Part shown: positions 1-13,379 of the stretch, in pieces | Numbering within the stretch: the stretch's first letter is position 1 | Layout: the number at the start of each line of letters is the position of its first letter | Assembly (NCBI GenBank): GCA_951406725.2 | Contig: OX597837.1 | Coordinates: forward strand, 14,694,001-14,758,000 | DNA from: Octopus vulgaris | Taxonomy: Eukaryota | Reading direction: 5' to 3' | DNA: 64,000 bases | Position numbers and translations under genes: made by a program | Notes under the pieces: generated by a model | Seen by the model: only the letters and a program-made list of their open reading frames with translations | The model's database searches: none | Told to the model about the DNA's origin: nothing

Positions 1-344
1 ATTAGTCTTAGCAAAAGAGAGAGACACTGTTTTAGAATTTTGATGTGACGTCAGACAACTAAATGAATTTCTTCAGAACTGGAATTGTTAAAGTTCTTTC
101 ATAGACACGTTTAACGTTTTGCTTCTTCTGTGTAACACACCTGATGCACCGGACATATTGACCTGGTATTCATGCGCCATAGATGATACATATTCCCACT
201 TCACTCTTCAACCACAAGCGTAACTTGGGACTTTTGAAAGGAAAGCCTTTTATTATTCATAACAAGGAGTAACTAGATGTCTGAAAGAAAGCATGGACGT
301 TTAGGATGCATTTCTGAAAATACTTTGGGCAGACAAAGGGTTAA
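1..344. mobile_element. Possible right end of a non-autonomous piggyBac-like element
   Basis: Non-microsatellite block ending in AAAGGG-TTAA, which fits a CCC terminus plus TTAA target site. The left end is outside the window, so the TIR cannot be confirmed. Confidence 0.25.
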
Positions 345-693
345 GCAGGATTACTCCTGTCTGGAATGTTGGGGCAATTAGTGCTAATGATAAAGTAATT
401 AGTAAGAATGGTAAGATTGGAAGCTCTTTGGCCATTTGTCCGGGCAGTGGTGATGTCCGCTTCGAACTTTTTACAAATTAATCATTGAACTTTGGAAATA
501 TGCCTACACCTGACCATCAGGAAGTCCATACGGACAAAAACTTATTTCAAATTTCAGCCAATTCTGATTTCGAGCTTTGATAGTTGACCTACAAATGACC
601 ATCAGGAATCTAATACGGTCAAGAATTTGTCTGAAATTTATGGCCAGTTCGCACTTCTGATCTTTGTTCAAAGTGACTAAATCTGTGAAATTA

Positions 694-880
694 AGACGGT
701 GAGCTGGCAGAATCGTTAGCACGCAGAACAAAAATGCCTGGCGGCGTTTCGTCCGTTTTCCCGTTGACCCTCACCGGGAGTCAACTTTGCCTTTCATCCT
801 TTCGAGATCGATTAAATAAGTACCAATTGAGCACCGGGGTCGAAATAATCGACCTCGAAATTTCAAGCCTTATGCCAAAA
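694..880 (+). mobile_element. SINE family A copy (tRNA-like head, degenerate)
   Basis: GGTGAGCTGGCAGAATCGTTAGCACG...ACTTTGCCTTTCATCCTTTCG...AAGTACCA, shared with about 12 other copies in the window. Confidence 0.75.
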
Positions 881-944
881 GATCCATTCAGTTTCTTGTT
901 TTTTTTTAGGCGAAAACAAAGCGATTTATTCAATTAATGATATA

Positions 945-1840
945 ATTACTGTTTCGTTCCAGTATCCCCTACCATCTTGAGGGGCAGATCCATTATATCC
1001 TGCTCAAAGAATTTCTTGTCTTTATTCACGAAAAACTCTGTCAGATGAATTTTTACATCGTCTTCAAGGTACATAATATATACATATGCATATACATAAG
1101 TATGCATGTATATAAATATGTATGTATATATACGGGATTTTAAGAGACAGAAAGAGATGGAAATCTGAAAGTGGAAGGTCGGACGAATATTGAGGGTGTG
1201 ATAAAAGTTATCAGCCAAACTCCAATAACTTCTGCCACGTCTGCAAAGAGGTGTGCGGTCTTGTACCACCACCTTTAATTTGTCCAACCAGTTACAGTAC
1301 ACATCCAAATTGGGTGGTCCTCTCTGTCGGAAGAAGCAAAACCTTCTTCAGGTGAAATCTTGCTTTGAGTTTGTTTGTGGTGGTTCGCCGCGCTTCTTCT
1401 ATGATCGTTTGCGTTTCACATTGTTATAGACGATCCATTTTTCGTACCCTTTTACCATTCTCTTTAAAAAAAAATAAAGGATCATTTTCTTCACATTTCT
1501 GAAACGAATCGCAGATGGAAATCCGTTGGGTGAATTAGCCACATTCAACTTATGCGGGCCCAAACATTCGAGCCAGCTGATGTAACTAAGTTGAGACAGA
1601 TGGTTTCAACAGTCTAGGGAACATCTGCGATTATTCTGGTCGTATTACGGGTGTTGGTGTCACCATTAATCTAAAGCTAAAGGCGTCTTCAACCGAAAAG
1701 TTGCAAAATCATGCAAATCCCTTCTGGTACACACGTCGCCTAACAGCTTGCTCTCCTTACACAGTTCTTACCCTCTCGCCGCATTCTTGCCGTTTTAAAA
1801 ATAAATGAGATGTGAATAATGTCCGTTTTGGCTCTACATT
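945..1840 (-). mobile_element. Degenerate mariner transposase relic
   Basis: Minus-strand translation gives FLKRMVKGYEKWIVYNNVKRKR (ITGDEKW region), a WVPH-like segment near 1550 and the C-terminal HLTEFFVNKDKKFFEQDIMDLP. Many stops/frameshifts; split by a (TA) tract at ~1070-1130. Confidence 0.75.
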
Positions 1841-1930
1841 TTCAGGGGAATCCCAAGCACACAAAATACAACCTGTCTCGTTACAAGTTCGAGTTGAATT
1901 ACGTTAAAGCGTATATATATATGTATATAC

Positions 1931-2004
<74 letters not shown>

Positions 2005-2043
2005 GTATATATATACATGTGTATATATTACATGTATATATAT

Positions 2044-2075
<32 letters not shown>

Positions 2076-2160
2076 GTGTATATATATGTACATATATATA
2101 TATATGCATATATATACATAAACATATATATACACTCACATATATTTATACATACATATG

Positions 2161-2233
<73 letters not shown>

Positions 2234-2691
2234 GATGGCTGCAAACTCGTGTTCAAGTATTGCCATTGCCTGACAGAACATCCCACTCATGCGAAGGCTA
2301 CGACCAGCCATTTTTGTGAAGGGTCTTACTTTCTTTCCAACCGATGCCTGAACCTTATGATTTTTTTTTTTACAGTGGGGAAAGGATTTGCACAAATCCA
2401 ATCCCACTCTCTGAACATGGACGACCTAAACTCGAAAAGAAGAACTGGTCTGCGTCATTGAATATTTTCAGTGTCGAAGGTTTTCTCTCAGAGTTTCCCT
2501 CTCCGAGAGAGATGTTATGACAACAGAGGGGGCCTCCCAATCATAGTGGGCCAACCGCGCGCCTAGACACCGAACCACGCATTTCCATGTCCCCACGGAT
2601 ACATACATGCATACAGACACATGTACTCATATTGTTGAATGGCCGTTGACTGTTCGGGAGCTTTTCCACGTTTCATCTGTATATGTATGTA

Positions 2692-2738
<47 letters not shown>

Positions 2739-2761
2739 GGAGATGTGAAACACGAGTTGTG

Positions 2762-3087
2762 ATATATAAAAAATGGAAATGAAGAAAATGCTGACAAAAT
2801 AATTTTAGTAAGAGAGAGTGTATTTAATTAGGTGAAAGTTCTTTTTACCGGTTGTGCATTTGTTATGCTTATCAAAAGATATTTTTTAAAGAGAGATAGA
2901 GTTCCTTTCTGATAGATTTTTTTCTCTTATCCGATAAGAGAAAAAAATCTATCAGAAAGGAACTCTATCTCTCTTTAAAAATATCTTTTGATAAGCATAA
3001 CAAATGCGCAACCGGTAAAAAGAACTTTCACCTAATTAAATACACTCTCCCTTACTTAAATTATTTTGTCAGCATTTTCTTCATTTC

Positions 3088-3098
<11 letters not shown>
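2762..3098. repeat. Near-perfect palindrome (~168-bp arms, 1-nt spacer) carrying a decayed hammerhead motif; Penelope pLTR-like
   Basis: Centre TCTCTTATC-C-GATAAGAGA at 2932; arms match with few mismatches; flanked by (TA)n. Confidence 0.9.
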
Positions 3099-3138
<40 letters not shown>

Positions 3139-3349
3139 CATATATATATATATTACATACATATATATGCATATATATATATAGTATTTTTCAAGCTGAA
3201 ACTGAGACTTTGTTTCGGGACACAAGTTTCATGCCACTGCGATCTTCTGGCGTGAACAGTTAGAACTGGAAATCGTTGTGACGTGAATCGAGACAACTTT
3301 ATTCTCTACAACATCACTTCTTCATTCGTCCAACATAAATCAACGAGTG

Positions 3350-3416
<67 letters not shown>

Positions 3417-3696
3417 TCCTTTATTCCTTTATTCTTTTATTTTTATTCTTTTACTTGTTTTAGTCATTTGACCATGGCCATGCTGAAGCACCTCCTTGGA
3501 GAGACTTTTTAAGGGAACAAATCAATGCCAGAACTTGATTTTTCAGCCAATACTCATTCTGTCAGTCTTTTGCTGAACCGCTAGGCTACGGGGACGTAAA
3601 CACACCAACACTGGTTGTCAACCGACGATGAGAAACAAACACAGATACAAAGAAACACATACACATAGATATAAACGCACGTACACACACATATAT

Positions 3697-3963
<267 letters not shown>

Positions 3964-5771
3964 CAGTAGTTTTATTTTTATAACGTGCTTTCACTTCACT
4001 ACCGAGCGTAGCTCTGTGCGCCTTGGGTATGTGCTGTGATTTGTTGTGATGCTCTGATGGTTATTGTATGGAAAGTGTTCAACGTAGGATGTGTGCAGTG
4101 CCTAGTAGTGCAATTTTCTGTATGTTATATGTGTTTGTAAGTCCTGGTGTTTTTGTTATGTATTTGTCTGAATATTTTTTTATCATGCCTAATGCACCTA
4201 CTATGATATTAATTGTTTCTGTTTTTAGATTCCACATTCTGGTTACCTCTATTTCCAGGTCTTTGTATTTTGAAAGTTTCTCCATTTCTTTTAGAGAAAC
4301 GTTGTCATCTGCCGGTATTGATACATCAATTAGAAAGCATTTTTTTTTCATGATCTCTGACAACTATATCTGGTCTGTTAGCCTTAATTTCTCAATCTGT
4401 GTGTATCGGCATATCCCAGAGTATGGATGCTTTCTCGTTTTCTGTGACCTTTTCTGGTGTGTGCCTATACCATCTTTTTTCTGTTGTTATTCCATAATGT
4501 TGGCATAGCTTCCAGTGTATATAGCTCCCAACTCTGTCGTGTCTGTGAATATATTCCTTCTTAGCCAGGACTGGGCAGCCAGAGATAATATGATTTATTG
4601 TTTCTTGTCCATCTCCACATATTCTGCAGTTGTTATATTTCTTTTCATTACATGTTTTTGGTAATTTCTGGTGGGGAGGCTTTGGTCTTGTGCTGCAATT
4701 AAAAATCCCTCTGTCTCTGCTTTGAGTCCTGAGCTTCTCAACCATTGCTGGGATTTTTCTTTGTCTATTTCTTTGGCGTTTAGTTTAGTCCAGTATTTAC
4801 CATGAAGGGGCTTTTCCTGCCTTCGTTTTATCATGGTTCGTTGCTGTTCTATTTTTAGTTTGGATTTCGTTTGTTTTATAGCTTTTGTTGTTTCTTCATC
4901 TTCTTCTTCTTCTTCTTTGTGTTTATTAGGTGGTATGATTTCTTGTTTGTATTTGTCAGCTTCCTTAAATACTGAGAACAGTTTTTTGTTTTGCTCGTGT
5001 TTTGCCGCTATTTGTATCAGTTTTCCTTCCTTCTGAAGTAGATATTTTTGCAGTCCTATGGTGGTTATTTTATAGTAGTTTTCCAGCTGTATAAGGCCTC
5101 TACCACCTCCTATACGTTGTATATATAGTCTTTCTATATCAGATTTTGGGTGATGCATCCTAGATCCTGTCATTATTTTTCTTGTTTTCCTATCTATTTT
5201 GGTCAGTTCATTTAGTGTCCAGTTAAGGATATTGTAGCTGTAACTTATAACTGGGACAGCTAAAGTGTTAATACCTATTAGCTTGTTTTTAGCATTGAGC
5301 TCTGTTTTTAGTATTGATCTAACTCGTCTATAATATTCTTTTTTTATTTTTTATTTCATTTGTGTGTGTTGTGTCTTATCTAGTTCATGGATTCCTAAGT
5401 ATTTGTAAGTTTGGCTTTGGTCTAGTTCTTTTATTTCATTGGTTTCATCTAGTGTGATGTTGCTACTCTTAACTAGTTTTCCTCTTTTCAGGGTTACTTT
5501 GGCGCATTTTTCTAATCCAAATTTCATATCTATTTCTTTGGTAAATCCATGAACTGTCTTTTATAGTGTTTCCAGCTGTGTCATTTGCAGCGTATAGTTT
5601 TAGGTCATCCATATATAAAAGGTGGCTGATCGTTTTGCCGTAACATTTATATCCGCATCCAGTTCTATTTAGCATATCAGATAGAGGTGACAGTGCCAAG
5701 CAGAAAAGGAGTGGAGAGAGCGTGTCTCCCTGGAATATTCCTCTTCTAATGGGGATGGCTTTGGTTTTCAT
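3964..5771 (-). mobile_element. 5'-truncated, frameshifted RLE-type non-LTR retrotransposon (Dong/R4-like)
   Basis: RT motifs RRGIFQGDTLSPLLFCLAL and HLLYMDDLKLY; CCHC knuckle CRICGDGQETINHIISGC; RHD, RPDIVV and KYKDL restriction-like endonuclease motifs; 3' end runs into (AAT)n, the known Dong target. Confidence 0.93.
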
Positions 5772-5823
5772 ACGGCTACGCATTTCGCCCGACGTGCTAA
5801 CGTTTCTGCCAGCTCGCCGCCTA
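5770..5823 (-). mobile_element. 5' head only (~54 nt) of SINE family A, fused between U6 and the RT fragment
   Basis: AGGCGGCGAGCTGGCAGAAACGTTAGCACGTCGGGCGAAATGCGTAGCCGTAT matches the head of the copy ending at ~47350. Confidence 0.88.
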
Positions 5824-5826
5824 TTG

Positions 5827-5931
5827 AAATATGGAACGCTTCGCGAATTTGCCTATCATCCTTGCGCAGGGGCCATGCTAATCTCCTCTGTATCGATCCA
5901 ATTTTAGAATATGTACTGCCGAAGCAAGTAC
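5827..5931 (-). pseudogene. U6: Full-length U6 snRNA retrocopy
   Basis: GTACTTGCTTCGGCAGTACATATTCTAAAATTGGATCGATACAGAGGAGATTAGCATGGCCCCTGCGCAAGGATGATAGGCAAATTCGCGAAGCGTTCCATATTT aligns end to end with metazoan U6. ACAGAGA box reads ACAGAGG, the terminal T run is only 3 nt, and upstream DNA is a dispersed repeat rather than an evident promoter. Confidence 0.95.
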
Positions 5932-5947
5932 TTATATATCTATATAT

Positions 5948-6175
5948 ATCTATCGGTATTGCTGAAATAGAAGGTCTCGAAATTCAATACCATATCAATC
6001 CGACTATACTGCCAATCTTCAGGTCCAGATTATATAAAACTATTTTACTATTTAAATCCTATACAAAGACATGACAACGAAAATTGTACAACTAGAAATC
6101 ATCGAAATAATTTTTCATTACTAAACAAGGAACAAAAATGAGGAATAAAGAAATAAGAAAAATAAGAAAAATAAA
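5948..6175 (-). mobile_element. Truncated copy of the hammerhead-bearing repeat at 41060-41313
   Basis: Reverse complement of ~41060-41280; retains CTGAAGA but ends before GAAAC. Confidence 0.85.
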
Positions 6176-6233
6176 TATTAACTTATCTTCTTTTTGGGAA
6201 ATTCTCTCGCGGCGAATTAATCATGGCTTCCAA

Positions 6234-6275
<42 letters not shown>

Positions 6276-6476
6276 GACAGGCTTCTTTCAGTTTCTGTTC
6301 ACCAAATCCACTCACAGTCCTCCGGTCGGCCCAAGACTAAAGTAGAAGACACGTGCCCAAGTTGCTACGCAGTGAGACTGGACCCGAAGCTAAGTGATTG
6401 GGAAGTAATCTTCTTACCAACCACCCACGCCTATATACTCATGTCTTGAGTTCCATTTTCCTGTTCGCATCACCAA

Positions 6477-6557
<81 letters not shown>

Positions 6558-6709
6558 CATATATACATACATATATTGAAACATGTGTAGGCACTTTTTA
6601 TGCTTATTTTCTGTTAATTTATGTTCCGTTTAATTTTATTAAATGGTTAGCTACACTTTTATCATGATACAAATAAAAACGGTATCCACTATATATTTTT
6701 TCTCCATTT

Positions 6710-6754
<45 letters not shown>

Positions 6755-7042
6755 TAAATTAGAGATAAAACCACTATTAGGCAAATCAAACAGTGAAAAT
6801 CCTAAGCCAATACATAGAAATAAAATTAATTAAAAAATATAAAATATAAAATATAAAAAATATAAAATTCCAAATTAAAATATTTAAATTAAAGTTAAAA
6901 TTTAAAAATTATTTAAATAATTTAAACTTATAAATTTTAAATATATATATATATATATATATTTATTATTATTTTATTTTATTTTATTTTATTTATTTAT
7001 TTATTTATTTTTAATTATAACACTATCAAAAAGTATTAAAAG

Positions 7043-7103
<61 letters not shown>

Positions 7104-7249
7104 ATTTTAATAGCAGAAGATGAAATGAACTGACTTTATCACAAATCACTGCAATCGTTTCGGCACATCAGTGTCAGCTGGTAGTTCTTGAATCTTACAC
7201 ATATTATACAATTTATATTTTGGAAAGTACGTTATAAGGCTATTACCCA

Positions 7250-7550
7250 GCGCGTGGCTTAGGGACTAGGATATAGTATTCGGGTAGTGATCGTAAGGCC
7301 ATGAGTTCGATTGCCTACCGCACGATGTGTCCTTGAGCAAGAAACTTTATTTCATGTTGCTCCATTCCACTCAGCTGGCAAAAATGGGTTGTACCTGTAA
7401 TTCAAACGGGTCCAGCCCTGTCACATTCTGTACCACACTGGATGTCCCCGAGAACCACGTTAAGGGTACACGTATCTGAGGAGTGCACGTTAACTTCACG
7501 AGCACGATCGGATCAACTGCAACACTCGTCGTCGTAACCGACGGAAAGAC
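7250..7550 (+). mobile_element. SINE family C (tRNA-like head, CORE-like GTGTCCTTGAGCAAG segment)
   Basis: A-box-like GCGTGGCTTAGGG, B-box-like GAGTTCGATTGCC; related pieces at ~57315-57375 (+) and ~63780-63940 (-). Confidence 0.6.
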
Positions 7551-7599
7551 AGGCCAGTATTTATTATATATGCATGCATGTAAGCATGTGTATATATAT

Positions 7600-7674
<75 letters not shown>

Positions 7675-8021
7675 TGTGTCTGTGTGTGTGTGTGTGTGTA
7701 TAATCACAATGGACAGAAAAATACTTTGGTGAAGTTTTATTTAACAATAAGAGTATTCTAATATGACGACATATATATATATACGTTTATCAATCTGTGT
7801 TGCGAGGTTTCTGATGTGAAATCGTCATTTTCTTTTTTTTATTTTTGCAAATATACACACGCACTGTATATTTTTTCTTCACTCGTTTATTACTCTTTTT
7901 ATTTTATTAATCTAATTCATTCCACTGTCCGGAAATCTTTCGTCACACAATTGTGACCTCTTCAGCAACACTTTTCCTTTTCATGTGTGCTCTTGCTCCT
8001 CTTACTCCAGAGAATGGAGTA

Positions 8022-8081
<60 letters not shown>

Positions 8082-8266
8082 TCCCCCACCATCACTTGAC
8101 AACCGATGGTTTTGTGTTTACGTCCCTGTAACATTAGTGATTCGGCAAAAGAGACCGACACAATACAGAGAATAATTTCTGGGGTTGATTTGTTCGATTA
8201 AAGGCAGTGCTCCAGCATGGCCGCAGTCAAATGACTGAAGCAAAAAAAGAATAAAATATAAAAGAA

Positions 8267-8328
<62 letters not shown>

Positions 8329-8419
8329 ATGTATATATTCTCTTTGAGAATTTGTCATTGAGGGGTTTTTCTTGCCATTTATCAATAAGAATATTTAAGA
8401 CAGTAGTTTTAGCACGAGT

Positions 8420-9400
8420 TTTCATAAACTTAGCTTTTCGTAAACATCGGGCTACAACAAGTATCCTTAGATGCCAAGAACCCTCCTAAGTATCCTAGCT
8501 GTCCCTCTTCTGTCCGTCTATTAAGATCTTTAGGGATAGTTCCCAATGCACCTATAACTACTGGGATGCATTTTACCCGCACTTTCCATAGTCTCTGTAA
8601 TTCAACAGCTAGGTCCTGGTACTTTGCCATTTTTTCTATACCTCTCATATTAATGTTTTCATCATTTGGGACTGTAAAGACAAGTATCTGGCACGTTCTA
8701 TTCTCTTAAACCAACTTCACACTCTGAACCAAATACTGTATCAACTGTTCCATACGAAATCGTCCGTCCACCATCGCTCACCTCGACTGCCTCACATCCA
8801 CTGCGTGGCACCGACTAACTACATAACACCGTTCACGTCGACTTCCTCCACGTCACCCGTCGCACATCGTCTCCTTCTAGCTTCTATTATTCTGCCAGTC
8901 TGAATGTTAAAGTCCCACAACATCTTATATTTCTTACTTTCTAGTACTTTACTAGGTTCATGTTCATACCATTTATCAGTATATTCAAATCCTAGCTTTC
9001 TACATAGATCCTAGTGGATTACTCTCCCTAGATTGTCATGTTTTTTTTGTATTCTTCCTGTGCCAGCATGCTACATTCACTTACTATATGAGTAACAATT
9101 TTCTCTTTTGATTTAAATAAACTACATTGGGAATTTACTTGGTTTTTGTCTATCTTGGCTTTTATCCAATTAGTCCTTAATACTTGATCTTGTGCAACTA
9201 CTAACAAACTTTCTGCTGCCATAACAATGTCTCACGACAACTACTTGCTGAAACTATCTTTGGGAGTCTACCATACGACGCCTTCTCCTGTCAGTCAGAT
9301 AATTTCTGTTCTTTTTTCTGGTTTTTAAGTTCGTTTGGTATTTTGGTATCCCTATGTCTTGCTGTAACTCTAACAGCTTTTAATAAACTTTCTTCACTAT
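8420..9400 (-). mobile_element. Dong/R4-like fragment (zinc knuckle + RLE), interrupted by a 170-bp foreign repeat
   Basis: ESLLVVAQDQVLRTN, THIVSECSMLA, KYQDLAVELQRLWK, PVVIGALGTIPK; adjoins an (ATT)n tract. Confidence 0.85.
8708..8877. repeat. Unclassified dispersed repeat (second copy within 12885-13330)
   Basis: AAACCAACTTCACACTCTG...CACATCGTCTCCTTC is about 90% identical by eye to 12999-13168. Confidence 0.85.
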
Positions 9401-9448
9401 TACCTACTTAGGAGTCTATATCTACTACTATCACTATTATTATTTTTC

Positions 9449-9492
<44 letters not shown>

Positions 9493-9547
9493 TTTCTTTT
9501 TATTATTATTATTATTAATATTATTATTATTATTATTATTATTATCA

Positions 9548-9590
<43 letters not shown>

Positions 9591-9592
9591 CA

Positions 9593-9629
<37 letters not shown>

Positions 9630-9645
9630 CATTATTATTATTATT

Positions 9646-9723
<78 letters not shown>

Positions 9724-9724
9724 T

Positions 9725-10795
9725 TCTATTTTACTTCTCAGAACCCTGGCTAATTTTGTAAGAGCGTACAACAACCTGTTGTCAAGGATCTCAATAGGGC
9801 TGCTTTCCACGATACCTAACATCCCAGTACCAATATAAAAATCCTCACCGTCCCCTTTAGAGCAGTTTTCACGTCAATCCCAATTTCCCCCAACAAATTT
9901 CTTAAATCTGGTTGTTAATGCTCAAATCCCCCTGCAACAACCGAGACGACAGCTACTTTTTCTTCCTTGCCTCCATTCGTGCAATCTCATCTTTTAGTCG
10001 TTTTTACTCTTCAATCTTTTCCAGTTCTCATCCACTCGTACCTCCCCAGGTATGGCAACGTCTATGCTTTTGGTTTCCTTCATTATTTTATCACCTACAA
10101 CAATGTCTGGTCTCCGATCATCAAGAACTGAATCATACAAGATTGTAAAATCTCAAAAGATCTTATGCTTATACTCATTGTTCTCGGTGACGCCTTCTGC
10201 CTTATATTCCTACCATTTCAATGTTCTTTCAAGACCCCTCGTCTCACACAATCTCCAATGGACATACTTTGCTACGTTATCATGACTTCTTTCGTGTTCT
10301 TTTTGTGTCAGTTTGTTTGATTCACTCCCAATATGTGAGATTGTTTCGTTTTTGCAGCTACACATCCTACAAAGAGGCGATCTACCACTCTTATCTATTT
10401 AGAATTTGGTGTAATTAGAGTTCGATCCTGAGCGCTGCATATCAATGCTTCAGTGCATCATTTCAGGTCACTTTTCCTTAGACACCTCCAGTTGTTGGTC
10501 TTGTCTTTCCTTTCCAGTTCTCTGGGGTATCGTCCATGCATCGCTTTTCATTTTCAAGTTGTTCAATCTTTGTTCATTTTGTTTCTTAAATGCTTTTGGG
10601 TGCGTAACATTTTCATTACGTATCGCATTGCTATTTGTAACAGCAACAATCAAAGGTTCAATCTCCTGTTTGATTCATCATCCCAGACTGTATTCCTCAT
10701 CGCCAACACTCATCTTGCAGTCTATGAGAACACTTCCTCCCTCATTTCTAGGCACATACTTTCGACATCGCTTTTAGGGTGCAGTTCTTTGTTCC
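9725..10795 (-). mobile_element. Older RLE-type non-LTR fragment (different subfamily) between (ATT)n tracts
   Basis: Minus strand reads SHDNVAKYVHWRLCE...RRPDIVVGDK...IDVAIP with stops. Confidence 0.75.
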
Positions 10796-10819
10796 TTATT
10801 ATTATTATTATTATTATTA

Positions 10820-10945
<126 letters not shown>

Positions 10946-10984
10946 ATTATTATTATTAATTATTAATTATTATTATTATTATTA

Positions 10985-11083
<99 letters not shown>

Positions 11084-11100
11084 CATTATTAGTACCATTA

Positions 11101-11148
<48 letters not shown>

Positions 11149-11149
<1 letters not shown>

Positions 11150-12050
11150 GAGTGAGAGAGCAGTGCATGCCATCAAAGTGACACTTAGTTACAAATAGTT
11201 ATGTATTTGTCTGTATGTTTTTTAACCATACCTAATGCATCTATTATTATAGGGATTGTTTCTGTTTTTAGATTTAATCCCCCCTCTCTCTCTCCCTCTC
11301 TCCCTCTCTCTGTACTGGAATATTCCAATGTTATCTCTGGCCCTGTTAGCATCCTACTGAATTTCTCTCCCAGCCTCTTATGTATCCTTGTTAAATATTT
11401 TAGCCAGAAGTTGAGGACTTGTAGTGCCCGAGTGCTTTCCGGTTGCTGAGCTTTTGCAGTGCTTGGGTGACCTCTTCCGTTGTTATAAGTGTCCAGAGTT
11501 ATTCAGCTGTTGTGTTTGTTACTTTAATAGAGCTTTTCTGGGGTTGTTTCCACGCCCACCATTCTTCTACTTCTACTGCTGTTAGTACTGCAGTGATCTC
11601 TATTTTATCCTTACCAAGTTCTTGGTAAAATCATTTTGGATCGAAACTTTTTTTTATCAAAGAATCGTTGGCGTTTCTCATTCCGACGGAATCTTTGTGA
11701 TTCGGCGAGGATGTCTTGCTTTAGCAATTCTTTTGCTTCGGACATACCTTGTTATTTTTTTTTTTTTTTTGTATTTCTATAGTATTTTTCTTTCTTTCTG
11801 GTTTAGCAGAGTTTGCCAACTAATTTCATTAAGGATTAACAAATCCTTTCTTTTATTTTCTATATTTTTCTGTAGATTATTATGGTTTTTTTATTATTAT
11901 TCTATGTTTGACTTTTGCTTTATATTTGTACAAGTTGGCTCCAAGTCTCACACAAAGACTTCAAGAGACACCAGGTTGGAAGTTCACGTTGTTGTTATGC
12001 CTAGTGTGCCATATATTTGGGTTTTTTTGGTGTTGTACTAGTGAATGTCT
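11149..12050 (-). mobile_element. Mosaic of RLE-retrotransposon pieces (tail of the 35650 element, RLE snippet, RT N-terminal region, 3' UTR-like segment)
   Basis: 11149-11195 matches 35652-35698; 11200-11275 matches ~4160-4230; ITTEEVTQALQKLS near 11450-11490; 11900-12030 matches 34276-34410. Confidence 0.65.
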
Positions 12051-12102
12051 AATAAATAAATGATAATAAACTTTTTTAAATTAAAAAAATTTAAATAAAT
12101 AA

Positions 12103-12185
<83 letters not shown>

Positions 12186-12495
12186 GAAATCAATGGGAAA
12201 TCATTGAAAGAAAATTAAAATTGAAAAATACAAGAAAACCTTATTCTCGTTATTGTTGTTCCTCCAAGCAACGAAGCTTTCTGTTACTCTTGAGTTTTGC
12301 ACGCCGGTTATTGTAATCTTTACGAGGGACAAACAATAATAATTATTTATTCTATGGAATAAATAAACAGTTCTTTAGAGGGTTTTTATAGAGTTCTTTC
12401 ATTTACCTTTGAAATGTGTAGATTTCTTTTGGTGAACTCTTCTTTTATTCACCAGTCTAATGATTTATTTTCTATCGCTTTTTTTTACCTCCTTT

Positions 12496-12866
12496 GGATC
12501 TTTTCGGTTTGACCGGCAGTATACTGGTAGAATGTGTTTATAAAACATCTTTTTCTCTTGGCTTTATTGAGAAAATTCTATAGTTTGTAAGATATTTGTT
12601 GTTGTTTTTTTTTTCAATTTCTGCAATTTCAACCAATCAATGACGTCTATTGAGGTGAAAGCATTCTGTGCTGTATGAATATGTCCCTCGTTTAAGAAAC
12701 AGATTGGGTTTATTTACATTTCTGAAGGAAAAAAAATATACCCATCCACCCACTCCTAACCCTAAAACAGATTGAAATACAATAGATCGATACTAGGGTC
12801 ATAATTATGGGTGACAATTTCATATGACACCGCTAGGAAAAACTGCTGTTCAAACCGAAAAGATCC
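12496..12866. mobile_element. MITE with ~25-bp TIRs and 8-bp TSD
   Basis: TIR GGATCTTTTCGGTTTGA(C/A)C(G/A)GCAGT at both ends; CCTCCTTT duplicated at 12488-12495 and 12867-12874. Confidence 0.92.
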
Positions 12867-13379
12867 CCTCCTTTTCTTTTTTTGACTGGGTTCTTGCTCC
12901 TTCCGAATTCACGGTACAATTCCGCCTTCTTTACTTTGCCAGGTTCCCATAATTTTCTCAGTCATTTCAAAACCGTCCACTGTTCGCATTCACTGCCGAA
13001 ACCAACTTCACACTCTGCACCAAATACTGTATCAACTGTTCCATACGAAATTGTCCGTCCACCATCGCTCCCATCGACTGCCTCACATCCACCGCATGGC
13101 ACCGACTAACTACACAACACCGTTCACGTCGACTTCCTTCACGTCACCCGTCGCACATCGTCTCCTTCAGCACGTGGGCAAACAGTCTTTATGCCTCTCC
13201 CACACCGTTAAAACGCGCCCAAATCATACCGCCTACGCTTTAAACAGTCACGTGATCACAAAGAATAACTTCTTTCGTCTTCGCTTGCAAAACCAGAGAG
13301 AGGTGTTCTAATTTGCGTCGTACGAATGAGAAATTGTCTGAATATAATTTTTGTTCGTTCGCAACAATATATATGTAGT

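Noticed and set aside
5827-5931. Functional U6 gene
   Set aside because: ACAGAGA box altered, terminator only TTT, upstream DNA is a repeat, and it is fused to retroelement pieces.
7140-7180. Hammerhead-like CTGATG...CCGAAAC on the minus strand; similar relics near 2480, 42615 and 62290
   Set aside because: Core or stems too incomplete to call individually.
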